From contig OU015566.1 in assembly GCA_907165135.1 (NCBI GenBank), positions 1,674,001-1,738,000 of the forward strand: a DNA stretch of 64,000 nt, in the 5' to 3' direction. This DNA is from Oikopleura dioica. Taxonomy: Eukaryota > Animalia > Chordata. The position numbers were made by a program, and so were the translations under genes. The notes beneath the pieces were generated by a model. The model searched no databases. It saw only the letters and a list, made by a program, of their open reading frames with translations, and was not told the origin of the DNA. Each line of letters opens with the position of its first letter. Position 1 is the first letter of the stretch. Shown piece after piece: positions 38,301-49,598 of the stretch.

Positions 38301-40484
38301 AAGGGTCTTTTCTTATGGTCTGTGCTTTTTCTAGCTTTTTGAATGAAAAAATCGGTCTATTCTTCACACATTTTTATTTTTGCAAATGGTCTGGTTGGTC
38401 GGTCTCGGATATCCCCCGGGTTTATTAGATACCAGGTCGGTCTCTCACTGATAGGAAAAGGTTTTTCATGAGCTCATAATGACAATTTTTATCCTGCTGT
38501 CATTTCATTTGATTCCCATGATATGCAGGGCGGGTCTTCCTCTCGGAAAACCATTGTCATAGATGTGATCTGAAAAATTAAAAGAAGCAAAATTGTAAGC
38601 AATCACCGTCGTGGTTGTAGTTGTTGTCGTGCTTGTAGTTGTGGTTGTCTAAAAATAATTGTATGCATGTGATTTATTAAATTATAATGAACGAGAATTC
38701 TATTTGCACCAATTCTATCAACTCTGCTCTCATACCGTAGTAGTTGTTGAAGTTGTCGTTGTTGTCGTAGTTGTGGTTGATGTAGTAGACGTGGTCGTCG
38801 TTGTTGTAGTAGACGTGGTCGTCGTTGTTGTAGTAGTCGTAGTCGTCGTTGTTGTAGTAGACGTGGTCGTCGTTGTTGTGGTAGTCGTGGTCGTCGTTGT
38901 TGTAGTAGACGTGGTCGTCGTTGTTGTAGTAGACGTGGTCGTCGTTGTTGTAGTAGACGTGGTCGTCGTTGTTGTAGTAGACGTGGTCGTCGTTGTTGTA
39001 GTAGTCGTAGTCGTCGTTGTTGTAGTAGACGTGGTCGTCGTTGTTGTAGTAGACGTGGTCGTCGTTGTTGTAGTAGTCGTGGTCGTCGTTGTTGTAGTAG
39101 ACGTGGTCGTCGTTGTTGTAGTAGACGTGGTCGTCGTTGTTGTAGTAGTCGTAGTCGTCGTTGTTGTTGTAGACGTGGTCGTCGTTGTTGTAGTAGTCGT
39201 GGTCGTCGTTGTTGTAGTAGTCGTGGTCGTCGTTGTTGTAGTAGTCGTGGTCGTCGTTGTTGTAGTAGACGTGGTCGTCGTTGTTGTAGTAGACGTGGTC
39301 GTCGTTGTTGTAGTAGTCGTGGTCGTCGTTGTTGTAGTAGACGTGGTCGTCGTTGTTGTAGTAGTCGTAGTCGTCGTTGTTGTAGTGGTCGTGGTCGTCG
39401 TTGTTGTTGTGGTTGTTGTGGTTACTTCCGCACAGCCACTTCCATTATCGACATATCCATCTGGACAAACACAAAGACTTGTGTCAGTATCATCAAGAAT
39501 AGCGCCGCTTGTGCACGTGCATTCTCCATTGTTCTCTGTTGCACCTGGTCCTGAGCATGCAATACAAGGCGCCACTGCGACGGTCGCACTATTCGTGTTG
39601 TCAAAATATCCAGGAGCGCAGACACAATCGTACGATCCATCAGTGTTCTCACAAGTTTGAGAAGTGAGACATGTGTTGAGACTTGAGTCTGAGCATTCAT
39701 CGAGATCTTCGCAAGTGAGACCACCATCAGCCATGGCAACTTTATCGTCGACATCAACAGAATCCCAGTAGCCAGTGTCGCACTGACAGTAAGCAGTAGG
39801 AAGACCACTGTTATCTTCTGTCACGCAAGTTTGGTTACCACCACAGGTATCCTCCAGGCAGGGAAAGGAGGGGTTGCAGACTTTGTCTGTTGCAGTGTTG
39901 GCGAAAGTGGTGTCTGAGCTTTCAGTGTAACTACCTCCCGATTCATCGTAGAGTTCGTAGTTATTGCTGCAAACGCACATGGCTTCTGATTCAGAAATAG
40001 CCGCACATTCAGAATTCGCGATTGAAGAGCAGTCATATGAGTTGCAAGGGTCGATTCGCTGACAACCAACTCCGTTTTGACCGATGATGCCAGTTGAATT
40101 TGTGCTCTCGTAGTTGTCAACGCAGACGCAGCTAGCTTCTGTCTCACCAAGTCCAGGGAGCTGACAGTAGGAGTAGAGGGGGCATTCGCCGTAGGTTTGC
40201 TCCAAAACATCACAAGCTATAAGAAAATGTTACAATTTTGCTACTTGATGATCAATCTTCAACTTACGAGTTTGGACTTCGCAAACAGTTGTGAAAGACC
40301 CTCCGTTGACTTCAACCGCTGTATCGTAGGTGACGGCAACGTAGTCAAGATTAGAAGCACATGCGCATTTTCCAGACAGTTGACATAACGCCATGTATGG
40401 ATAGCAATCTGTGTTAGCAGTACAGTCGAGGTCCAAGACACTCTGAGCTGTCACCAGCGGCACACTCGTCAGCGCGAGCAGCGC
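26378..40484 (-). CDS. Giant secreted mucin-like protein: EGF/cbEGF array, ~680-aa poly-Thr, EGF/TSP1-like, C-terminal helical domain
   Basis: Exons 40484-40268, 40216-38736, 38648-38607, 38142-38077, 36253-36080, 33415-32948, 32348-32259, 32184-32095, 32020-31931, 31856-31800, 27691-27266, 27224-~26703 and ~26659-26378 splice in frame with GT-AG. cbEGF DLDECSDSSLNTC..CENTDGSYDCVC; TSP1-like WWDDSWGSCTGGWRHR. The start-codon exon upstream of 40484 was not found. Confidence 0.85.
28878..29222. mobile_element. TA-flanked MITE (Tc1/mariner-type ends)
   Basis: TA|CAGACAAAACGGACAATTCCGGA ... TCCGGAATTGTCCGTTTTGTCTG|TA, with internal TCCGGAATT repeats. Confidence 0.9.
29234..29394. mobile_element. 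TA-flanked MITE (161 bp)
   Basis: TA|CAGTTGTGTGAGGAGTTTCCGCACCC ... GGGTGCGGAAACTCCTCACACCACTG|TA. Confidence 0.9.
29540..29713. mobile_element. Small TIR element with GCAC/GCGCAC repeats
   Basis: TAGTTGGAAAAAACAC ... GTGTTCTTTCCAACTA; no clear TSD. Confidence 0.6.
29714..30719. mobile_element. TA-flanked ~1-kb MITE (CAGTG ends)
   Basis: TA|CAGTGACAACCCATTTTAAGGCCGA ... TCGGCCTTAAAATGGGTTTTCACTG|TA, with subterminal TTTAAGGCCACTTT repeats. Confidence 0.88.
30114..30356. mobile_element. GGGG..CCCC MITE with perfect 8-bp TSD
   Basis: CAGTTATT|GGGGTGTAGGGCGGCTACGTAACAA ... TTGTAACGTAGCCGCCCGTCCCC|CAGTTATT. Confidence 0.9.
31800..32348 (-). repeat. Tandem triplication of a 164-bp intron+poly-Thr exon unit
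   Basis: Near-identical 74-nt introns at 31857-31930, 32021-32094 and 32185-32258; three 90-nt exons. Confidence 0.92.
34291..34496. mobile_element. TA-flanked MITE with ~75-bp TIRs
   Basis: TA|CTCTACAAATTCGTAGACTAACTTTTTAAATTTAAATTTTATAGA..GAAATGAGCGCTC, mirrored at 34425-34496|TA. Confidence 0.9.
35270..35750. mobile_element. piggyBac-like MITE
   Basis: TTAA|CCCGTTAAC ... GTTAACGGG|TTAA, with subterminal palindrome CGTGGAGAT..ATCTCCACG at both ends. Confidence 0.85.
36338..37655. mobile_element. Foldback element: ~560-bp inverted arms, ~200-bp spacer
   Basis: 36338-36900 is the reverse complement of 37098-37655 with scattered mismatches (e.g. GGCTCTTCCTTCCTCCCTCTCACCTGTAAAAATGAC vs GTCATTTTTACAGGTGAGAGGGAGGAAGGAAGAGCC). 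Confidence 0.92.
38736..39423 (-). repeat. Coding 24-nt tandem repeat (S/T)TTTTTTT
   Basis: Plus strand GTGGTCGTCGTTGTTGTAGTAG(A/T)C reiterated, giving 8-aa periodicity in the translation. Confidence 0.9.
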
Positions 40485-43368
40485 CTAAAATATTTTTATA
40501 ATCCAATTCATTTTATCGCGATTCACACCGAATTAAACTATTCTATCATTATTTGATGTGCGAGTTTTATTTTAACAATCATGAGAAAACATACTAATGA
40601 TAATCATAAAATGGAGCGCGGAAATCAGACTCAATCCACAGATTTTGATCGAACGATATATTTTATCCTATGATTCAAAGTCTGTAGGACTTTTAAAAAG
40701 ACCAAGAGTAGAGCCAAAATTGATAAATATGCAGATAAGTTAATGTTATAGCCGAATCAATAAACTTATAAAAATGTATTTATGACCGGGTCATTAATAA
40801 GTCCGCAGGTCATAATTTCTTCATACATGTTTTCGTCTTTGGCTTTAAAATAACCAAGATGAAGTTGATCTATTGACTTGTTTCGATTCTCTATTCTTTT
40901 AGAGAGAATCGTGTCATAAATTGACTTCAATTATATTTGATCCTGAATTTCGTCAAAGGATAAAACTTCTATGTTTTTGGATCAAGCATAGATTATACCC
41001 TTGACAACAAAGGTGAATTTAACATTTTTCAGGGGGATAAAAATCACTTGAATCAAGGCCGGACATTTTCGAAGTCAAGTTATTCCATAGATATCGACTT
41101 TGAAATCAAGGAAGAGTCATTTTCGAGAAAAAATAAAAAGATATGTTGTACTAGTTGTTAACCTGTATATATCTTATCATTTTGTGAATCCTTCTTCTGT
41201 TTTATTTAAAAAAAAATTGGCACCGTCTCTGGAATGTATCTTGTTGCCTCTCTGAGTTCTAGGACTGAAACAAAGCAGCCAACTTTCAGAGAGAAAAAAA
41301 GATGACAGGAGCAAAAAAGCAGCAAGAGCCGGAACAATGGACTGAGCGTAACTTGCTTTACACTATCTATTTTACTTTTTTTCTTGAGGCGCCACCTTGC
41401 ACCGAGAATGATCGACGTCACGGGCACATTTTTTGTCGCTCGTAACGGCTCCGTGCTGATGATCATAATCAGCTTCGCGCTTCTTTTTTCAAGTCCGGTA
41501 GTGACGCTTGTCATAAAATTTAAAATTCTTAATTAAAGACCCGGACTAGCGCCTTTTTGACGATTCCGCATTTTCTCATAGTCAACATGTCTTGACTCAA
41601 GACTCGTTTGGTTCAAAAATGATGATAAATGGGGATCTTTACCCTTTTTTTGATAACAGGCTATTCCACACTGTCAGGAATAGAATCTAAGTTTTTCTGA
41701 TACTGTAGTTTGAATTTGTATTTGAAAAAAAGATTAGCAAGCTTTTAAAAAAGGGGGCAGAAATGACGAGTTTGGCGAGTTCGGCTCTTAGACTGAAAAT
41801 TCAACATTCATAAAAGGTTTAGCCTTTCTAGGCCATCGAATTCAACGAAGGTAGATATAGTCATCGTTTCGATTAGTAAAATGCCCTTATTCGGCATTTA
41901 TACCGCTTCTTTATACCAGAATCCGCAACAAAACTCCCGAATGATTCGCGCGATCCCGAAAGGTTCGGAAATCCCGAAAGATTTGGGATCCCGAAAGGTT
42001 GAAGTGAAAACCTCCTTATTCATAGATACATCTTAGGTAAGACTCATCGGGTTTCCGCCGTCAACCGACCCATATCCCTAGACACTCATCTGCTTGAGAC
42101 TCATTCTCCCTGGTCTGTGAGGGACAAATTGATGGCTTCAATAAAGTGGACATTTTTGTTAAAGATTGATTTAATCTATCAGCTATGAAAGGTCAATTTT
42201 AAAAGCATATTTTGTTAATGGTATCACCTTCAAATGAAAATTAAATTACTTATTTATCAGATGTTAAGAAATTTTATGGTGCTTAAGTCGATTATTTAGA
42301 AGGAGAATAACGAGGAATTTTTGCATCAAATGTCTTTATGATCAATGATCTAGGAAATCCGGAAGGCCGAAGTTAAGATCTTGAGCTTTAATGACAATTG
42401 AAAAGAAAAAACGCTCCAATTTTCTAGAAAATCGTTTTCTTTGGCGTGACAGTCAGTTATTCAATTTCGCTCCCCGTCTAAAACGTCAGGAGCCACATAA
42501 ATGTGAATTGCACAATTACCAAATAGCTATAGTTATTGCCGGAAAACTATTTCGCGAGTCAGGTTAACCACACCGGATCTGACCATGTTTAAAAGCCTTC
42601 AGCAGATGATGATGATGATGACCAGGATCATAAATAAACAGCTCGTTATTATTTTCTCACCGGATGAACGAGCCAAGGCAATAATTACCCTTGTGAATTA
42701 TCTTGTCAGCATTTTTAATGAGGCTCCGGTTGATCGACGCTTTTCGAGGTTTTTTTAACGGTGTCCATGAGCTTAGAGCGTGATGCAAATTCTGTGATTT
42801 ATAACAGCCCAGAACTGGATTTTTCGGAGCCCTTCTTTGGAAGAAAATATAACAAAGGAGCGCCCTTATTTTATTTCACCGAAATAAAGTTTTCAGGTGT
42901 ATCTTGTTTCCCAAAAGTTAAAAAGGGGAAAGTTGCATGGTTCATCTAGCAGATTCGATCCCATCAGATTTGAGTTTTCGGTTCGAAAATTGAAGACCAA
43001 AAAGGTTTTAAAAATCATCTTCATGTTGACCGATGAAAAAAAAATTTTCAGGACCTTGGAGACTATTTTTAGGCAGACTTATTATGAGCCTATTTTAACA
43101 ACCCAGGGACTTGATCAATAAATTATTTTGCTAAGTTTATGAACTCTCCAGATGTTACATCGCTTATAAAAACAGCCTTATAATTTATAAGTTATAAACC
43201 ACTGATGAACTTCTTGTTTTGAAAAATCTTGAGTTTTTTTTCTAGTTACGTCCTATTTTTGACCTCTGTGTCCAAAGTGCAATGAGTCAAAAATTTATTC
43301 ATCAAATATTTACGCCCGATCAAAGAGTAAATATCTGGACAAAAATTCGCTCATTTTTGCAGAGAAAA

Positions 43369-44800
43369 ATGTTGAAGAAAGGGGCGATCTTCGCCGTTTT
43401 TGTCGCTCTTTTCGCGTATAAATTTCATTTTCGGCCTGTAAGTCTCGAAAATAATTCTGAATCGTTTTCGATCCGAATGCTATTCATCATAAAAATCTTT
43501 AATTTTCAGGTAGACCATGCGCCAGATTATCTTCGCCGAGCTGTTGCTCATAACATTTGGAACTCGATCTTCTTCTTGACGGAAAAAGTCAGAAGTGCGA
43601 CAAGTTCTAGAGCTGCAATCGGCTTCATGCAAAAAGCCATGATGCCAACTCCAACGAACGAGGATGCGATTGAAGAGATCGTTGACAACGGAGAGTACAA
43701 AATTCATTTTTGGCGACGAAAAGACCTTGTTGAAGAGGAAAATCAACCTGTTGCGATATTTTTTCATGGTGGAGGATTTATCGTTGGAGATGTTCCTTCT
43801 GTTTCCTCGTTCTACTCGAGCATCGCTGTTCAAAAGGGAATCACTGTCGCCTCTGTTGAATATCGACTGTAAGTTTTAATCTACAAACTGAAGGAGAAAA
43901 AATTCTAGAGCGCCAAAACACCCGTTTCCAGCTCCATCAGACGATTGCATTGCTGCTACCGAATACATCATCAACAACTCTGAATCGCTGAAAATCAACA
44001 AGGACAAGATCGTTCTCGCTGGCGACTCAGCGGGAGGCGAACTTGCGATTGTCACGGCGATCGAAGTCAAATTCAAAATGCCGGATTTCAATTTTGCCGG
44101 CCTTGTTCCGGTCTATCCTTGCACGCAATTTCTGACGCATCGAATGAAAGGAAATGTTGATAAAAATTATTTTTGAAAAATGAAAAAAATAATAATTCAA
44201 AAGATTCTTCAAAAAATCATCATTGAAAAGCATTCGACGAAAACGAATCCACGGGCGTCCTGACTCAGGATTTCTGGAGAATGGCGGGTGCAAATCATGC
44301 CTTTGGAATTTCGGCAAAAACCGACGAGTTTATTGAAGAGATGAAAAATAAATCTGTTTTCAAGCGAATCGCTCAAGTCTATCCAAACATTGAGGAGCGA
44401 TTTTTGGGGTCAGAAGACGAAGGAGATCTAGAGCCGGCGGAAATGACTGATGAAGAGGTTGAGCTATTTGTTGACCCGAGATTTTCGCCTTTGCTTTACT
44501 CTGGTTAGTCCTCTGAGAAGAAGGAAGCCCTATTTATTTCCTTAATTTCTAGACGAGGCACTCTGGCATCTTCCAGAAACCCACCTGTTCACCTCGGAAA
44601 TCGACATCCTCTACGACGACCAGCGGCTGTTTTACGAGGCCGCTAGCGAAGCCGGGGCAAATATCAAATGGACCGTGTGGAAGGGAGCTGCCCATTGCGA
44701 GCAGAGCTTTTCGACAATCGCAATCGGCAAGACCATTGCGCCATCAGTCGACAGAAACGTCGAAGAAATGATCAATGTGATTGCTGATCTACTTGAATAA
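43369..44800 (+). CDS. AADAC/NCEH1-like HSL-family (GDXG) carboxylesterase
   Basis: N-terminal anchor GAIFAVFVALFAY. HGGGF oxyanion hole, SVEYRLAPKHPFP, GDSAGG nucleophile, SEIDILYDD (Asp), KGAAH (His). Stop 44800. Confidence 0.9.
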
Positions 44801-44867
44801 AGAATGAACTCAAAATTGGCAGTTTATTTTGACCCCGCAGTAGCTTTTTTTTCGTTGTTTTTCATCA

Positions 44868-47800
44868 TCAGTCATCGTCAGATTTGTGCCTCGTGGAAAG
44901 GGTGAAATATGTCCAGTATGCGATATTGAAAGCTTTTCAAGGGTCTTTAAAATAATAAGGGAGGGCACCCCTTAAGTGTGAAGCAGCTACATGGTTACCT
45001 GGGGGTGTCTGGAACCAACAAAAAACCTCGACAAGATTTTCGTTGAAATTTTCATCCAATCAAAAGCCTCGATTCAGCTGACCGACCAGGACGAATCACC
45101 AGCCGAGTAGCTGCCCACGCAAAATTTGGCGAGATTTTTTTGTCGATTCGTGACACCAACCCTTTATCCGACCCTAACCCTAGCCACTCTTGGACTAAGA
45201 ACCCTGTCCTATAAAAGAAATAAAATAAATAAGACGAAATTTCTTCTCCAAGTTCGACGGACTTCTGACCCAATCGGACATTTTGATGTTCGGAAATCTT
45301 CTTTTTCTGATAAAAATTTTTATCAAACAAATTATTGAAACAAAAACGTACTTGAATCTACCGACAGCAAAAAGTTTCGTCTTCTTAGGCTGCGTTTTTT
45401 CTGCTTCATTATGGTTCCCCGTAATTCCGTTGATGTTTCTATTGTCGCTTTTGTATGTTGTCATGTTTTTCAGGTCATCGTCGGCGATATTTCGCCTGAC
45501 AATATTCTGAATTAATCGTTTTCCTCCTTGATTTCGAATTTTGAGAATTTACATTCCAAACAGGAACCGATCCATTTTGGCCGCTATAATTGTTGCATCG
45601 TCCATTCTGCAGTCCACTTTCGTTTGAATGATCGTCTTCATCTTCGTCGAATGAATACGAAGCCTGGAAATAGAAAATCGATTTGGTAAAGAGAGCCGCT
45701 ATCTTACCCTCAAAGTCGCATTTGCTCTCTGGCGCACCATGATGTTCAATGCGACGTATTCTAGAACTGCCGCGAAGACGAATAGAAAACAAGCCCACAA
45801 GTAGATATCCAATGCGGTCAAGTATGAAACCTAGAAATATCTTTTGACTCGAAAAACGTGAAGATCATTACCTGTGGCAGCGAATTCTTCAGACCTTGAA
45901 TAATTGTCGATGTTGTCAAAACCGTCATCACCCCTTTAAACAAAATGCGTGATAAATAATTCAGAGAAGCAGCAGTGCTCACCCATAGAAACTCTCGCTG
46001 GAACTGATTTTGCATCTAGAAACATCGACAATCCACCAAGAATCACCATAATCATTCCAGGAAAGAAGCTTTGGAAAAAGACCGACAGAAGGTAGCGCTC
46101 CAATTCGAAAGATACAGCCAGTTGAGAGACAGTAACTGAAAAATATATTTTGAACGAAAAAACAACCTTTTCATAGTTTTCAGATAATTTTTTGATTTTT
46201 TGTCAAGTTTTTCTGATTTTTCTGATTTTGACGAGAAACAGTTTTTTTATGTAAAATGGAAAGGGCTGTCAGATTATCCGATTCATTGACGTCTGCCGCC
46301 ACGTGACGAGCTCAACCTGCCATTCACGTGATCGATTTTTATCAGCCATTCTTACCGTTATAAAGCTTTCCTCCGTAAGTCCAGTTCTTTTCGTGATACG
46401 AATAGTGTCTGAGTCCGTTTTTTTCAAAATATGATCTAAAAAATTTGGTTTAGCCTAACCGTAGTCCTAACCCTAACACGGGGGAGGGCGCTTTTTTCCT
46501 CTAAAATTGGCTTTCGCCTAACCCTAACCCCGCTGCATATTATCTTTGATGACTTTTCCCACCCTACTAGTACATGAATGGATACCCATATTTATTTTCT
46601 TGTCGCGAAAAAAACGTCCCTGAGGCGAAATTTCGGCATTGATTCAACCATCGTCTTGTCCATGAAGAGCTCCTCATCCCTTTGCCCTGAACAAGCTTAT
46701 TAATAATGAACGGGTTAAGTAAGTCAAGAAAACACCGACTAATGAACATTTCAATGAGCGACCGACCTTTGATCCAAAGAAGCTGGAGATCACTTTCAAT
46801 CAGGGTTCATACTGTTTTTTAGCAAAAATGGAGTTTTTATCTCTCAAGAGAGACTCTTTCCTTAATGTTAGACGAATAATTTATTCAAATAAAGGCCCAA
46901 AAGAGCAACGTTGAACCCTTTCCTGGAGCCATAGCCAAAAGATTGAATGGTAATGGAGCAGTTATTCGTATCCAAAGGGAAATTAAACAGTGACATTTGA
47001 CAGGCAACAGTCGTTGTCATTCTGAAATACAGTCAGTTTTGAATTCGAGAATGGATTTTTCGGGGTATTTTTGAGCGGCTTACTTTAAACTCAAATCCAA
47101 GAATCCTCGTTTTCGAAGTCGAAGAGCACTGCTTTGCGAAATTGTTTGATGGATGACGCTTTTCTTCGCCCCTGTTTAAGAATTCATGAGAAACAGCAAG
47201 GAAGCATTAAGTACCTTGAATGTGTAAGTCTGGCACCCAAACACGTGACTGTAAGCCGGACGGAATGGCGTATGCTTCGTCTGTTTTCAAAAAATCTTGA
47301 AAGGGAGTTTTCCGAAACGAGTCAAAAGGGCATTTTTAACCTGTTTTTGAATGCAAACGGTGATCGTGCCAGGCCTGGTGGATGCAGATGGTCAGGGTCA
47401 TATCCATATTAACCTGAACAAAATTATTCATGCATCGTTTAATTCGGCGAGAGAGAAAGCATAAAGTAAATGGCGATAAATATTCGGCGAGTCGTGCAAT
47501 ATCGACTTTACCTCAGATATATCGGTGATTGACTCGATCATGACCGAAAGGAAGACTTTGAGTGGTTTTCCTGAGGCGGGTCTTGGCATCGCTGTGTAGC
47601 CAACTCCTGAAAAAGAGCTGATGATGGTGTTTTTTCGACCTTATTTTTGAAAGGCATTTAAACCTCAGAACGAGGGGATCTTTTGTAAAGAAGGCTCAGC
47701 CAATCATAGGTCAGTATGGGTTTTCTCAGCCAATCAGAGAAAGTATAGGGTTCAATGGCCTCTGATTGGCTCATTTTTACATTTGAAATCGACTTGATTC

Positions 47801-47984
47801 TTCTGTCATAATTTTTTCTCATTGAAATTTTCTTACCTTCATTGAGAAGAAAGTAAATCTTCTCAGCGACATCATCTTCTGACTGTCGCGGCACGCGTTC
47901 TAGCGCTCGCGGCGCACTCGTTTCGTTCGATCCTCCCGCGGCGGTCGAGGAAGGGATTACAGCCGCGAGAAGCAGAATCAACAT
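44868..47984 (-). CDS. Cys-loop ligand-gated ion channel, anion-selective (GABA-A/glycine receptor-like)
   Basis: Signal MLILLLAAVIPSSTAA. Then MPRP..KPLKV, DMTLT..WHDHRL, LVPD and Cys-loop CQMSLFNFPLDTNNC. M2 VPARVSMGVMTVLTT; M3 SYLTALDIYLWACFLFVFAAVLEY. M4 FRLIYFISFI|AFNIAYWTYF spans a GA-AG intron at 45208-44933. Confidence 0.9.
45001..45162. mobile_element. MITE family A copy 2 (reverse orientation, in LGIC last intron)
   Basis: GGGGGTGTCTGGAACC ... GATTCGTGACACCAACCC; core CCAGCCGAGTAGCTGCCCACGCAAAATTTG. Confidence 0.75.
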
Positions 47985-48544
47985 GCTGACGAGCCATTTA
48001 CATCTGAACTCAAAAACTATTTTTTGATTGAATTGGCTTTGATGGAAATGCAAAATAAATCAAGTTGAAATTCTTGCATGAAAACTCATCTTCAAATTGT
48101 CTTCTTGGATAATTTATTTTTGATGCTTTTATTCAAAATTGATGGTTAAAATGAAAACTTCCTTGAATTTTCTAGATTTTCAAAAAGCCTCAAAAGCTAT
48201 TAATTAATTAATTTTTTGAGGACCTTTTAAAGTTGAGTTATTGCCTATGAAACCAAATAAAAGGCTGATAAAAGGAGGGATCGATTTCTTCATTCTGTGG
48301 TCGCATTAAATATTATTTGCGGGGATGATCTTCGCCAAGCGTAAATCCATGGGATCAGATCAGTTCTGATCAATTTCATGTTGAAATAAATTGGCGAGGT
48401 TCAAAACCGAGCAAAAGAAACAAACAGCTCACGGACTAAGTGGTTCTACTTGGACAGATATGTTTAATTTTATTATTCATTGGCTAAACCTAAGGTTCTT
48501 AAGTTAAGAAACTCCTGAGCTCCTTAATTAAGGGACTCTAAGAA

Positions 48545-48701
48545 GGGGGTGGCGTCAGGAACCGTTAAAAAATTCGACAAATTTTGCGTGGGCGACTACT
48601 CGGCTGCTGATTGGCCGGAGAGCCGAAGGCAGGCTTCTGATTGACTGAAAATTTTCACGCAAGATTTGTCAGAATTTTCGTCGGTTCCTGACACCACCCC
48701 C
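48545..48701. mobile_element. MITE family A copy 3
   Basis: GGGGGTGGCGTCAGGAACCG ... CGGTTCCTGACACCACCCCC. Confidence 0.85.
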
Positions 48702-49598
48702 TTAGAACGTCCTTTCAAATACAAAAGATGAAAAAGCTCTGGGATTGTTGACTTTGGCGTCGAATTGGTTTCTTATTGGCTAAAAGAAAAAATCAAACTA
48801 TTTTTTTCGGAAAACTCTTAAATAAGTCCATCTAATGATTCAACATTGGAAGGCTGATTTCAAGCTAAAAAAGCTTTTTAAAAAAAAAACATTTTCGAGT
48901 CAAAAATTGATAATAAAAAGGCCAAAAAAGCAAAAAGAAAAATTGATTTAACAAACCTGTACTGGCTCTTCTTGCCGAGAATAAAAGCTCTATTTGTCGT
49001 TATAATAATATCAAAAAATCCGGAATTGTAAAGAAAATCACGCTCCGAAAATACAGTAGAGTAATGCAACGAAAAAAAGGGACGATAGTCAGCTTCAAGC
49101 ACTTACGCACAAGAGCTTCGGCGACTCAGGTGCGCCATCAGCAGAGGATTTCGTCTTTAGCTCTGAATATTTTATACGCGCAGGGCGAGTTGAGAATAAA
49201 AAAAATAAATCAGAATATGGAGGGATCAAAAAAGGAAAAGAAATATTCTAATCGATTCTGATGTCTTATTTTTTTCAAGAAAATAAATGATAAAAGCAAA
49301 TTATTTCAATTTGTAAAGAAAATACTATAACTACTGTAATCAGAAAGATTTTCTTCGTAAAAAACCTTGCTGATTTTTCGAGCTGTGGTTGTATTACTCT
49401 AGGACTATTGTTTATTCACAAGTTCAAAGTTTGAGAGAGAGAAAAACAGACACTTATGCAAAAAAAAGATTTGAACACATGGCTATGTTATACTCAACCT
49501 ATAAATAATTAAAGTCAGCAGAGGCAACTCTGAACGTCTAAAAGGTCTAATAGAAGATGAAGAATTCGGATGAAAGAAAAGACTTTCTTCTTGTTTAT

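Noticed and set aside
27426-39660. Poly-Val and poly-Gln ORFs (27426, 32901, 32944, 36036, 38659)
   Set aside because: Antisense or off-frame shadows of the poly-Thr exons; the splice signals are on the minus strand in the Thr frame.
41200-41520. First exon of the mucin or a separate small gene
   Set aside because: No signal-peptide start with a compatible donor; cannot be assigned.
45195-45210. LGIC truncated in M4 by a MITE
   Set aside because: The remainder of M4 (AFNIAYWTYF) lies at 44932-44868 and joins in frame via a GA-AG intron.
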